A stretch of 64,000 nucleotides of DNA from contig CAZGIH010000017.1 of the NCBI GenBank assembly GCA_964526195.1, positions 131,888-195,887 on the forward strand. The letters are read 5' to 3'. A program made the translations under genes and the position numbers. Below are positions 1-8,759 of this stretch, piece after piece. Source of the stretch: an uncultured Chromatiales bacterium (GTDB taxonomy: Bacteria > Pseudomonadota > Gammaproteobacteria > Poriferisulfidales > Poriferisulfidaceae). Below the pieces are notes generated by a model, which saw only the letters and a list, made by a program, of their open reading frames with translations, did not search any database and was not told the origin of the DNA. Each line of letters opens with the position of its first letter. Within the stretch, counting starts at the first letter, position 1.

Positions 1-306
1 GCCTGTGCGAGTGACCTGCAGTCCTCAGCCCTTCTGCGCGCCTACCTCCAACGGACCCAAACGGGCTGGCAGGCCGGAGAAACTCCCGGAAGCGGCAGTA
101 CGGACGATTTCGAGGAGGCCGCCATGTCAGCAGAAACAGCCGCTCAGATCTTGGGCGTGTCCCTTCAGGCTCCAGAATCCGAAATTCGCTCAGCGCACCG
201 CGCCCTTGCACAAAAGCTTCATCCTGACCGCGGTGGAAACGATTATTTAACTCGTAAAATCAATCAGGCAAGAGATATTCTTATTAAGAGATACCAGACA
301 CGCTGA
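1..306 (+). CDS. djlA: DjlA-like co-chaperone, C-terminal J-domain (5' partial, open to window start)
   Basis: Frame 1 has no stop from nt 1. The C-terminus carries a J-domain with the HPD motif (KLHPDRGGNDYLTRKINQARDIL). Stop TGA at 304-306. Confidence 0.6.
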   Translation, partial: ACASDLQSSALLRAYLQRTQTGWQAGETPGSGSTDDFEEAAMSAETAAQILGVSLQAPESEIRSAHRALAQKLHPDRGGNDYLTRKINQARDILIKRYQTR

Positions 307-889
307 CGGTGGAGGACTTGCGAATCCTCGCCAGCATGAGAGCGGCAAAGATCGACGCGTAGATGATTGGCTCCAGGTAATCCGCCTTGACCAGCCAGAA
401 ATAGTGCAGGAGCCCAGCAGTCGTCGCAACATAGATCAGACGGTGAAGACGATTCCAAGCGTTTCCGAGGGCCCGTTGGGCGCGCCGGGTCGAGGTCAAC
501 GCCAACGGCACCAGCAGGAGAAAAGCTGTCACGCCTGCCGTGATGAACAGGCGGTCCTGAATGTCCAGCCAGATTTCCTGCCAATCGAAGAATTTGTCGA
601 ACCAAAGATAGGTTCCCAAGTGGATCAAGGCGTAGAAGAAAGCAAATAATCCCAGCATCCGCCGGTAACGCAGTAGCGCGGGTGTCCTCGTGACACGGAT
701 CAAGGGCGTAATCAGCAAGGTCAGCAACAGGAACCGCAAGGTCCATGTTCCCGTAGATCGGGTCAGGGTTTCCAGCGGATTGACTCCCAAAGTGTTCGCC
801 CAGGCACCATGAGCCAAGTCAATCGCCGGCACAAGGCACAGCAGAAAAAGCGCAGGCTTGACCCACCCTGCGGCTGTGGGCGTACGCAT
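284..889 (-). CDS. msrQ: Sulfoxide reductase heme-binding membrane subunit MsrQ (YedZ)
   Basis: 201 aa polytopic membrane protein, collinear with E. coli YedZ. Lies immediately downstream of msrP. Confidence 0.85.
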   Translation of the reverse strand: MRTPTAAGWVKPALFLLCLVPAIDLAHGAWANTLGVNPLETLTRSTGTWTLRFLLLTLLITPLIRVTRTPALLRYRRMLGLFAFFYALIHLGTYLWFDKFFDWQEIWLDIQDRLFITAGVTAFLLLVPLALTSTRRAQRALGNAWNRLHRLIYVATTAGLLHYFWLVKADYLEPIIYASIFAALMLARIRKSSTVSVSGIS

Positions 890-891
890 AT

Positions 892-1842
892 CTAGAAGTA
901 CTTGTGCAGATCCATCCCGCTGTAGAGATGCGCAACTTCCTCGGCATAGCCGTTGAACATCAGCGTTTGCCGCTTCCGGAACTCCCCGATTCGCCGTTCA
1001 CGCCGTTGACTCCAGCGTGGATGGTTGACTTCAGGATTCACATTGGAGTAGAAGCCGTATTCGTGCGGGGTGGCCCGATTCCATGCCGTCGGAGGCTGGC
1101 CTTCGACAAACCGGATCCGCACGATGGACTTGATGCTCTTGAAACCGTATTTCCAAGGCACGATGATTCGGATCGGGGCACCATTCTGATTGGGCAGCAC
1201 CTGTCCGTACATGCCGACGGTCAGCAGCGTCAACGGATGCATCGCCTCGTCGATCCGCAAGCCTTCGACGTAGGGCCAGTCCAGTACGTCGCGGCGCTGT
1301 CCCGGCAGGTTCTCCGGATCCAGAATTGTCTGGAAAGCCACGTAGCGAGCCTGCGACGTCGGCCTCAACTTTTTCAACGCAGTCGCCAGCGGCACGCCCA
1401 CCCATGGAATCACCATCGACCAGGCCTCCACGCAGCGGAGCCGGTAGATTCGCTCCTCCAGTTGATCCATTGGCACCAGGTCTTCGACTGCATAGGTTCC
1501 CGGGTTCTCGCAGTATCCTTCTACCTCGACAGTCCAGGGCTCGGTGATCAAGGCCGCCGCGTTGCGCGAGGGGTCTTCCTTCTTGTAGCCCAGCTCGTAA
1601 AAGTTGTTGTAGTGGGTCGCCGCGTGCATCGGCGTCAGCTCTTCGTCGGTCGAATAAGGGCTGGACCGGGGCGTGCCGAGGGTCAGCCCGGCCTGAGCCT
1701 GCCCACCGACCAACAGACCACCTGCCAAGCCTGCCATTCCAGCCGCGCACTGCTGCATGAAGACGCGGCGCTGCCGATAGATCTCCGGATCCGTTACCGC
1801 GGATTCTTTCTCGTCCGAGCGCTTGGGAATTCGAATCAGCAT
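892..1842 (-). CDS. msrP: Periplasmic sulfoxide reductase catalytic subunit MsrP (YedY; Mo-molybdopterin, sulfite-oxidase fold)
   Basis: Sulfite-oxidase family similarity with a twin-arginine signal ([11 protein letters not shown]). The start is placed at MLIRIPKR (ATG 1842), which clears the moeB stop at 1853. The ORF-track start at 1896 is less likely. Confidence 0.85.
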   Translation of the reverse strand: MLIRIPKRSDEKESAVTDPEIYRQRRVFMQQCAAGMAGLAGGLLVGGQAQAGLTLGTPRSSPYSTDEELTPMHAATHYNNFYELGYKKEDPSRNAAALITEPWTVEVEGYCENPGTYAVEDLVPMDQLEERIYRLRCVEAWSMVIPWVGVPLATALKKLRPTSQARYVAFQTILDPENLPGQRRDVLDWPYVEGLRIDEAMHPLTLLTVGMYGQVLPNQNGAPIRIIVPWKYGFKSIKSIVRIRFVEGQPPTAWNRATPHEYGFYSNVNPEVNHPRWSQRRERRIGEFRKRQTLMFNGYAEEVAHLYSGMDLHKYF

Positions 1843-1852
1843 GCCACTTCTC

Positions 1853-2617
1853 TCATCTGCGAATGGAACTACAAATCGGACACTTTTCATCCGCAATCAG
1901 TTCCACTACGCGCCATTGTGCCTCCCTCGCGTCATAAAGCAACAACCGGTTATACAAAGGTTTTCCTATGGACAACAGGCACTTGACCGCCTCGACTGCC
2001 TGCACACTAGCCACCGCTCCGGCAACCGGACCCAGCACGCCGGTTTCCGAACAGCCCTCCTCCGGCACGGGTTCGTCGCCAAACAGGCACTGGTAGCAAG
2101 CATCCCCTTCTTCTCGATTGCGAAACACCGCCACCTGGCCTTCCATCCGGATCACCGCGCCGGAGACCAAAGGCGTCGCAGATTCGACACAAGCCTGGTT
2201 AATCGCCAAGCGGGTCTCGAAATCATCCGTGGCATCCACGACCAAGTCTGCTGCCTGAACTTGCTCCCGCAGCAAATCGCCCTTCAGGTATTCGGCGACA
2301 GTATCGATGCGAATTTCAGGGTTCAGTTCCTCCACGACCCGCCGAGCTTCCTCGGCCTTGGCGCGGCCCAAGCTGGATGTCCCGTACAGGATCTGGCGCT
2401 GGAGGTTCGCCAACTCAACATGATCCGGGTCGGCCAGAGTCAGCCGGCCCACGCCACAAGTCGCCAGATACATGGCAAGCGGGGAGCCCAAGCCCCCCAG
2501 GCCGATCAACAGGACATGGGACTCGAGCAGGCGTTGCTGCCCCTCGATGCCAATCTCCGGCAAGACGATTTGCCGGTTGTAGCGTAAGAGTTGCGGGTCG
2601 CCCAGTTCCGCGCCCAT
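1853..2617 (-). CDS. moeB: Molybdopterin-synthase adenylyltransferase MoeB (ThiF/MoeB family)
   Basis: 254 aa, near-collinear with E. coli MoeB ([15 protein letters not shown]-terminal CxxC...CxxC). Confidence 0.85.
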   Translation of the reverse strand: MGAELGDPQLLRYNRQIVLPEIGIEGQQRLLESHVLLIGLGGLGSPLAMYLATCGVGRLTLADPDHVELANLQRQILYGTSSLGRAKAEEARRVVEELNPEIRIDTVAEYLKGDLLREQVQAADLVVDATDDFETRLAINQACVESATPLVSGAVIRMEGQVAVFRNREEGDACYQCLFGDEPVPEEGCSETGVLGPVAGAVASVQAVEAVKCLLSIGKPLYNRLLLYDAREAQWRVVELIADEKCPICSSIRR

Positions 2618-2623
2618 GATGGA

Positions 2624-2938
2624 TCAAGACGCCTGTTTGGCCTTTTCCCTGGCTTCGAACGCCGCCATTTGCTCTGGAGTGGCCTCTTTCTGATACCGGG
2701 ACTTCCATTCGGCATATGGCATGCCGTAGACGATTTCCCGGGCTGCGTCATAATCCAGGGTCACGCCTCGCTCTTCTGCTGCGGCCACGTACCACTTGGA
2801 GAGACAGTTCCGGCAGAAGTCCGCCAAGTTCATCAAGTCGATATTCTGGACTTCGGGCTTGCTCCTCAGGTGCTCAACAAGACGCCGATAGACGGCCGCC
2901 TCGATCTCCTCGCGCTGATTCTCGGTTATTTCCGACAT
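2624..2938 (-). CDS. DUF1244 family protein
   Basis: 104 aa with the conserved DUF1244 pattern (NIDLMNLADFCRNCLSKWY...IVYGMPYAEWK). Confidence 0.6.
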   Translation of the reverse strand: MSEITENQREEIEAAVYRRLVEHLRSKPEVQNIDLMNLADFCRNCLSKWYVAAAEERGVTLDYDAAREIVYGMPYAEWKSRYQKEATPEQMAAFEAREKAKQAS

Positions 2939-3248
2939 TGCATTTGGATCCTTGAAAATTTCTTTGGGACTGTTTCAGTATACCCGCATACCAGTACCAC
3001 CCTATAAATTCGATATCCAATCAAATAAAGAAGTCAAGAATAGCCCCAATGGCATTGACTTATAGCGGCAAACCTTGCCGCAAGTAGGTTTCCGTCGCTA
3101 TTCAGGCATCGGCCCAACCCGTCGGAGATGCACTCTGTACCTCATTCGGCACCTTCCTTTACCAATAGGTTTATGCGGGGCTCGCGCACAGATGTGCCCG
3201 GATCGCCCCGAGTGCCAGAATGACAGTCAAGTACGAAGTTTAGATGAT

Positions 3249-3872
3249 GTTGCGGCACTCAATCTATGTGACTAAAATAGAATGAGCGGGTTATACTGGA
3301 ATCCCGTCGTTGCGGCTGGCCCTCAATCTCTAAGCGGCTAAAATTGCTCGCCATACACATGACGCCAAGGCACCGTTGCGGCTGGCCCTCAATCTCTAAG
3401 CGGCTAAAATTCGATTGTCCAGTTGATCGACCGCCAGGTGGTTGCGGCTGGCCCTCAATCTCTAAGCGGCTAAAATGATAAGGCTAATAAGCAACTAAAG
3501 CGGTTCGTTGCGGCTGGCCCTCAATCTCTAAGCGGCTAAAATGTGTGGAAGTTTGACATGACGCCCAAGCAAGTTGCGGCTGGCCCTCAATCTCTAAGCG
3601 GCTAAAATCCATGGGGATAATTACCATCCTCAATAATTGTTGCGGCTGGCCCTCAATCTCTAAGCGGCTAAAATAGGTTGACAAATAGACAGAAAGGTAT
3701 TTCAGTTGCGGCTGGCCCTCAATCTCTAAGCGGCTAAAATAAACGAAGGAGGAAGCAGTAATGGATCACCGTTGCGGCTGGCCCTCAATCTCTAAGCGGC
3801 TAAAATATTAGAAACCATGTTCCGTCAGTAGTCAATGTTGCGGCTGGCCCTCAATCTCTAAGCGGCTAAAAT
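3249..3872 (+). CRISPR. CRISPR array: 9 identical 36-bp repeats (GTTGCGGCTGGCCCTCAATCTCTAAGCGGCTAAAAT), 30-bp spacers, plus a degenerate 30-bp terminal repeat at 3249-3278
   Basis: Full repeats start at 3309, 3375, 3441, 3507, 3573, 3639, 3705, 3771 and 3837 (exact 66-bp period). A degenerate copy (gttgcggcactcaatctatgtgactaaaat) is followed by one more 30-bp spacer. The 36/30 geometry is typical of type II-C. Confidence 0.97.
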
Positions 3873-3881
3873 GCAACCACT

Positions 3882-3919
3882 GAAAGCCCTTGTTTTACAA
3901 GGGCTTTCCTTTTATCTTT
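3882..3919 (+). terminator. Rho-independent terminator between array and cas2 (10-bp stem gaaagccctt/aagggctttc, then T-rich tract)
   Basis: Perfect 10-bp inverted repeat with a 7-nt loop, followed on the + strand by cttttatcttt. It would stop array read-through into the convergent cas2. Confidence 0.6.
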
Positions 3920-3944
3920 ATCAGAATTATTCATACTGAAAGTC

Positions 3945-4289
3945 TCAAAAGAGGACTAGTTGGTCCAATTTTTTTTCACCACTTTCGCTTTTTCCGCCCA
4001 CGAAAGTGCGGGCATTAGCGTATTGTTTATCAGTAATTGTCATCATATGTACCTTGCCACGATTTGGCAAGGCTGAACACACCCTCTTCACTTGAGTTTC
4101 AACTGCCTCTTTGCTTTCGGCAAAACGTAAATAGACTGAAAATTGTGCCATCTCAAAGCCGTGGTCAAGCAAAAAATTTCGAAACTTCGTCGCTGCCTTA
4201 CGTTCAGCCTTTGTCCCTACGGGCAGATCAAACATGACATAAAGCCACATCATTCGATACCCGCTTAAAACTGGCCAATGTGTATTCAT
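3945..4289 (-). CDS. cas2: CRISPR-associated endoribonuclease Cas2 (type II)
   Basis: Motif MMWLYVMFDLP...ERKAATKFRNFLLDHGFEMAQFSVY matches type II Cas2. The start at MNTHW (4289) gives an ATGA overlap with the cas1 stop. The ORF-track upstream extension is rejected. Confidence 0.85.
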   Translation of the reverse strand: MNTHWPVLSGYRMMWLYVMFDLPVGTKAERKAATKFRNFLLDHGFEMAQFSVYLRFAESKEAVETQVKRVCSALPNRGKVHMMTITDKQYANARTFVGGKSESGEKKLDQLVLF

Positions 4290-5191
4290 TGTATTGTGCC
4301 TAACGGTCGCGTCCACCGGGGGAATTCTAATTTTTTGGCCTCTCCCGCATAGCAACGGGCAGCAGAAAGAGTCAAGTGGTGGAGGCATGTAGATATTGGG
4401 CTTGCACCAGTATCTGTATCCATGTCGTAAAAAAGAATCCGCGCAAGTTCTGGTTTTGTGTTTTTGTTTACACCAGTAGAACCCTCTTTCGCGAGATTGT
4501 AGACAAGCATATCTGCGGTTGGCCTGAATGGTTCCATTAGATCGTCGGCGAGGGCAAAGGAATTCCCACGTTGTCGGTGAGCTAAGCCCAAACTGGGGTG
4601 AAGTCCAGCACCCATAATTGCCCTAGCTACGCCCGCACGTAATACCGTATACGTGTAATTCAGCATTGCATTGACGCCCTCTGCATAGCGATCACGGCGA
4701 AAATCTTTGCCAAACAAAAGCGGCCAGTATCTACGTGCCGCTTGAGCCTCTATATTCTCTGGATCCCCGGAGCGTACGGAGCGAGCAAGACGATTGAATC
4801 CTTTATGCGTTGTTCCAACTGTTGCGAGAGTTATACCTTGTGCCTGGATTTTTGCAGAAACAATTTGAGCCCAAAGACGCTTACGCAGGGGCTTGGATGC
4901 TGACGCCTGGTCCGATATCCGCCCACCCTGTTCATAATGCCCGGACGCAGTCCAGAGAAAACCAGCCGGTCGATGATTCACACCACATACTACGAGAGGG
5001 ACACAGCGTTCGGTTAATGCAACTAAAAGACTGTTCGTATACGTAATGCCATGTGCACTTGCAATCACTGCTGCCACATCATCCAGTGGAACCCTCCCGA
5101 TCTCCTCGCCTTGTGATTCAATTGTAAGAAAGCCGCGAAACTTACTGATATGGTGGCCATCCTCGGCAATCTCTACAATTCGCCCGGTCAT
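4286..5191 (-). CDS. cas1: CRISPR-associated endonuclease Cas1 (type II)
   Basis: 301 aa Cas1-like protein. Its start overlaps the cas9 stop (TAATG). Confidence 0.9.
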   Translation of the reverse strand: MTGRIVEIAEDGHHISKFRGFLTIESQGEEIGRVPLDDVAAVIASAHGITYTNSLLVALTERCVPLVVCGVNHRPAGFLWTASGHYEQGGRISDQASASKPLRKRLWAQIVSAKIQAQGITLATVGTTHKGFNRLARSVRSGDPENIEAQAARRYWPLLFGKDFRRDRYAEGVNAMLNYTYTVLRAGVARAIMGAGLHPSLGLAHRQRGNSFALADDLMEPFRPTADMLVYNLAKEGSTGVNKNTKPELARILFYDMDTDTGASPISTCLHHLTLSAARCYAGEAKKLEFPRWTRPLGTIQ

Positions 5192-8100
5192 TAGCAGTGC
5201 TTTATCGGGAAAACTCGACCTATAGAATCAACACGTACAAGGCACGCACTTGCTGTCTTTAAGGTGGAATAACTTTTAATTTCGTAACGGAATAGATCGT
5301 CTGGGTCATTATGACGTTCGCCCAACGAACCTGCCTCGTAGTGAGGTGCGAGTTTCAGACGATTAGCCGAAGCATCCAAACTGCAAACTCTATAGATGGT
5401 TCGACCATTCCCAAAATCTGCCTCCACGAGATCGCCATTGTGTACCTTCATAACCAACTCGGCATTGGGATGTTTGTTGCGCCAGTTAGGTGTGAAGTTG
5501 GGTTGGTTGGCATCGAAGACAGTTACGCCTTCACCCAGCCATTTATCCTGCAATGAATAAATCTCAATGCGGTGATTGTCGCCAGCGGAATAGAGCTTAT
5601 AAAATCCATCGCCATGCTCAACTTTGTACACCGATTTTTCCGTTTTCAGTATTCGAATTCTGCGAATGCCGGAGCTTTCTCCAAATTCAGCTAATGCCTC
5701 CTTCAATTTATGACCAGCTCTTTTTGCGGCATCACGGATTTGTTGAAGATCCCGACGCAAAGAAGCATCATGTACGCGATCTATCTCACTATCTGTCAAC
5801 TCACTGATAGGTTTCCGGACAACAAGATTGTATTCTTTTCCTTCGATTGTCGCTTTAACCTCCCCGTAAGCTGTGCCTTCAAGTAGGGCTCCAGAAGTAA
5901 CGTGGATGTTGCTTTGTGCGTTAGGTGGAATTCCATGATCAGGCTTATGGCTAACAACCAATTTCTTCATTGAATTATCCAGTGCCTCCCAGTACCCCGA
6001 AAAAGGAATTGGGAAACTATTGTTGGGGAAAAGTCTCTCAAGATTCAATTCTTCGGAGCGACCTGATGCTTTTGATATCTGATCCAGCAACCCTATGTCA
6101 GTGCAGGCCAGAACAAACGCATCGACAGCGTGGTGTCTATGGTCTTTCCGATTTTTAATCTTTGTGCCACCTCCGGTTTGGATTGAAGGAATGGCACCAA
6201 GTCGCCACCGAGCTCGTAGCATCGCGGTAAGTCGTCCGGGAGAAGCATCGACACGTTTGCAGATATGCTCAAGATAAGTCTTTGCAAGGCGCGATACGTA
6301 CTGTGTGTCTGTTAGGTGTCGAGCTGCAAGGCCACCTTTCTCCTCAAAATCCTCCATGGCATCAGGAAAGAAGCGCCAAGCTTTTCTGGGAATAACCCGC
6401 TCAGCACGCTCAGCGATTTCAAGAAGTTTTTGGCCGTGCCATGCTTCAGCAGGTGCCTGGTTTAGTTTTTCCCGATTACTTTCACGTGTACACAACACCT
6501 TATTCATGAAACCGTCGTCAAGTGTGCGGGAATAAGGCAAAATATGATCTATTTCTATTTGATCACTGAACAGCGCGCACTTTGATATTTGTTCTCCCGT
6601 GTAGATGCACACTCGTTCATCTGGGGGGAGTTCGTGATACAGTCGCAGGCGAAGCCTGTTTGCATATGTGTCTTCTTCATTCAATGCATTGAGCTGGTCG
6701 CGGTTCCTGTCGTTCGCTTCTCTATTATCTTTGTTTTTCTTGTTTTCTTTTTGCTTACGCTCCTTACTCCACTTCAGTTCACGAGCTAGTTCAACCACAA
6801 TCCCATCTGGTGGGCCGTATGTCGCTATTAGCGCATTGATGATCTTGCGCAGTTGATTGAGTCCAATATGGACAGTCGGATTGGGCACTCTCCCTATCCG
6901 GTCCTGGCTCCCTTCTGGGGCAGATGGTCGAGAGATGACATGACGCGCAAGCACTTCACCATAGTATGGAAGTTTGGTCTGTTGATCGGGCCTCAGATCT
7001 GAGTGGTGTTCATCAATACGCTGGACAGCTTCGTCATAGGTTAAAGGTCGCTGATATATTTCTCCAGTCTCCGTATTCGTACATTCTTCCGATTCAGTTT
7101 CCATAACCCGGACAATATCACGCAACACTGAGCGGCCAAAGTTGCCGTGACCTTGAGGCAAACGCACATCAGAGATTTTCTCGGCCGCCTCCTGCTTCAG
7201 GTTAAATTTGTCTTGAAGCCACTGGTGAAGGCGTTCTTCATCCTCGTCAGACAAAAGACATTCTATAATCTCGTCTTTAGCCGTGCTGGTAAGTGAATCC
7301 CAAGCCTTTCCAAAAGAATTTTTTGCTCTTAGCTTGCTTGCAGTCTGATCCGATTGGAAGCCGTCGCGGCCTAAGCCCTCGTAGTTAAAACGTATGCCAT
7401 CCGGCAGTTGAAGTGCTTTCCTAAGAGCCTCGAATGCGACGACTCTTGATTGCCGCCGCTCCAGTACGGCCACAAGAGCATCGCGCTGGGGAAGAGTCAG
7501 GAAACGCTCCGGGGACCCGGGTCGAACAAGTCGTAGTTGGCACACGTCCTGAAGGATCCGGAATTTCTGAAAGAGCGGATGTGCCTTTGGCGTTCGCTCA
7601 CCCATATCAATTTCAATTCCCTGATACACAAAGACTTTGTTTTCGTCTGGACGCAATGTGCAACGTCCGACAATCTGTGGTTTAAGTGGCCTTTGCTCAA
7701 GGATCGTTTCCCTAATTTTTTCAAGCAATTGTTCAGTGAGAATATCTGGATAGTGAACTTTCTGCTCCGTCCAAATGCAATCAATCTCTTGCTCGACAAG
7801 TTCGCGTGTTGGATAAAAGTCATAGAGATTTTTGCTACCCTTAGATGTCGGCCGGAAGCGCACTGGCGATGGTGAGCCTCCGCCATTGTCATCCTTGCTT
7901 TTCTTGATTCGGTTTCCTTCTCTGTCGATGCGATACCCTTCCTTGTCTCTTCGGTGGCGATTAGCGAGAAATTCGCCAAGCGTCCGAAACTCTTGTTCCT
8001 CTACGATTTTCTCTTTGAGTGCTTGTGCTCCCTGCTTCATCGCACTTTTTTCATTATTATCTGCATCAGAGATCCGATTCGATTTAAATCCTCTTCGTTG

Positions 8101-8487
8101 ATTTATGTGGAACAAGGCACGACCGAGTTCAAACAAATCAAGCCGATGATCCAAAGCCCTGCAACGTAGCCAATAAGGATCAATTTTCTCAAGCTTTTTC
8201 CGCTCATCTTTATCACGAGGCATCAAGCCTGACTCGATCAAAATGGACATTAGACGATCTCGGCGGCGCAAAAAACGGTCCCGACGGCGGCGTGCACTGC
8301 GTGCGTCTCGACGATTTGCAGCCAAGGATGTCTTGGATTTCGGATCTTTTCCCGCTTCATCATTGGGGGTCAAAATGCGCACTCCCGCATCCAACACCCC
8401 CGAGGGGCGCTTATCCGCATCAAGCGTAACGGCACACCAACCAATAGAGTTGGTGCCCATATCCAAACCTAGTCGGTAAGGAGTCAT
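5191..8487 (-). CDS. cas9: Cas9 (type II-C, 1098 aa)
   Basis: RuvC-I at the N-terminus (GLDMGTNSIGWC), arginine-rich bridge helix (RRRRDRFLRRRDR), HNH (IDHILPYS...NKVLC), RuvC-III (HHAVDAFVLA). No csn2 or cas4 is adjacent. Lower GC than the flanking genes. Confidence 0.95.
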   Translation of the reverse strand: MTPYRLGLDMGTNSIGWCAVTLDADKRPSGVLDAGVRILTPNDEAGKDPKSKTSLAANRRDARSARRRRDRFLRRRDRLMSILIESGLMPRDKDERKKLEKIDPYWLRCRALDHRLDLFELGRALFHINQRRGFKSNRISDADNNEKSAMKQGAQALKEKIVEEQEFRTLGEFLANRHRRDKEGYRIDREGNRIKKSKDDNGGGSPSPVRFRPTSKGSKNLYDFYPTRELVEQEIDCIWTEQKVHYPDILTEQLLEKIRETILEQRPLKPQIVGRCTLRPDENKVFVYQGIEIDMGERTPKAHPLFQKFRILQDVCQLRLVRPGSPERFLTLPQRDALVAVLERRQSRVVAFEALRKALQLPDGIRFNYEGLGRDGFQSDQTASKLRAKNSFGKAWDSLTSTAKDEIIECLLSDEDEERLHQWLQDKFNLKQEAAEKISDVRLPQGHGNFGRSVLRDIVRVMETESEECTNTETGEIYQRPLTYDEAVQRIDEHHSDLRPDQQTKLPYYGEVLARHVISRPSAPEGSQDRIGRVPNPTVHIGLNQLRKIINALIATYGPPDGIVVELARELKWSKERKQKENKKNKDNREANDRNRDQLNALNEEDTYANRLRLRLYHELPPDERVCIYTGEQISKCALFSDQIEIDHILPYSRTLDDGFMNKVLCTRESNREKLNQAPAEAWHGQKLLEIAERAERVIPRKAWRFFPDAMEDFEEKGGLAARHLTDTQYVSRLAKTYLEHICKRVDASPGRLTAMLRARWRLGAIPSIQTGGGTKIKNRKDHRHHAVDAFVLACTDIGLLDQISKASGRSEELNLERLFPNNSFPIPFSGYWEALDNSMKKLVVSHKPDHGIPPNAQSNIHVTSGALLEGTAYGEVKATIEGKEYNLVVRKPISELTDSEIDRVHDASLRRDLQQIRDAAKRAGHKLKEALAEFGESSGIRRIRILKTEKSVYKVEHGDGFYKLYSAGDNHRIEIYSLQDKWLGEGVTVFDANQPNFTPNWRNKHPNAELVMKVHNGDLVEADFGNGRTIYRVCSLDASANRLKLAPHYEAGSLGERHNDPDDLFRYEIKSYSTLKTASACLVRVDSIGRVFPIKHC

Positions 8488-8537
8488 TGCGGAATTGGTC
8501 GCACAGCTATAGCGGAACCGGTTAGTGTAATATACAT

Positions 8538-8640
8538 AACTAAGGGTAGCCGCTTAGAGATTGAGGGTCACCCGTTAACAAGCCCTTCGGGGCATAAAAT
8601 TTGAGCCGGGTCGGGCAACTGATCCGGCTCACTTAATTTG
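8538..8640 (+). ncRNA. Predicted tracrRNA (anti-repeat plus two hairpins and a U-tract), divergent from cas9
   Basis: 8548-8567 AGCCGCTTAGAGATTGAGGG is a 20/20 complement of repeat positions 11-30. It is followed by a GCCC-UUCG-GGGC hairpin (8582-8593), a gagccgg...ccggctc hairpin (8603-8630) and uuaauuu. A possible extended -10 (tgTAATAT, about 8526-8533) lies upstream. Confidence 0.65.
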
Positions 8641-8759
8641 GGTAGGTGTTAGATGCGAACGGTGAAAGGTTTAACTTCGGTCATTGAAATCTCAAGCCTC
8701 GTACTCCGAACAGAGCCATAATGCGCCAAAATGAGCAGATTAGCTACTGCCGCGATCTC

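Noticed and set aside
904-1986. 360-aa + strand ORF (also 14094..15440, 31243..32430, 35087..36598, 59432..60682, 33704..34924, 50480..51298, 52508..53275 and many 60-250 aa ORFs)
   Set aside because: These are long antisense ORFs opposite well-supported genes (msrP, sdhA, glyA, msbA, ftsK, lpxK, mfd). They are typical stop-codon-poor artefacts of high-GC DNA. Compositions are Arg/Ala/Gly/Pro-rich, which is not protein-like.
3075-3275. 66-aa + strand ORF upstream of the array
   Set aside because: AT-rich array-flanking region overlapping the degenerate repeat, with no RBS and no protein-like composition.
3484-3684. 66-aa ORF (repeating SRLEIEGQPQ) on the minus strand
   Set aside because: It lies entirely within the CRISPR array. 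The repetitive peptide is simply the translated repeats.
3279-3836. Self-targeting spacers against the in-window mobile island
   Set aside because: Manual comparison of all 9 spacers against the AT-rich island and IS found only 8-nt chance matches.
3873-3945. Possible tracrRNA between array and cas2
   Set aside because: It contains a strong hairpin but no anti-repeat. A genuine 20/20 anti-repeat exists at 8548-8567, so this is interpreted as a terminator.
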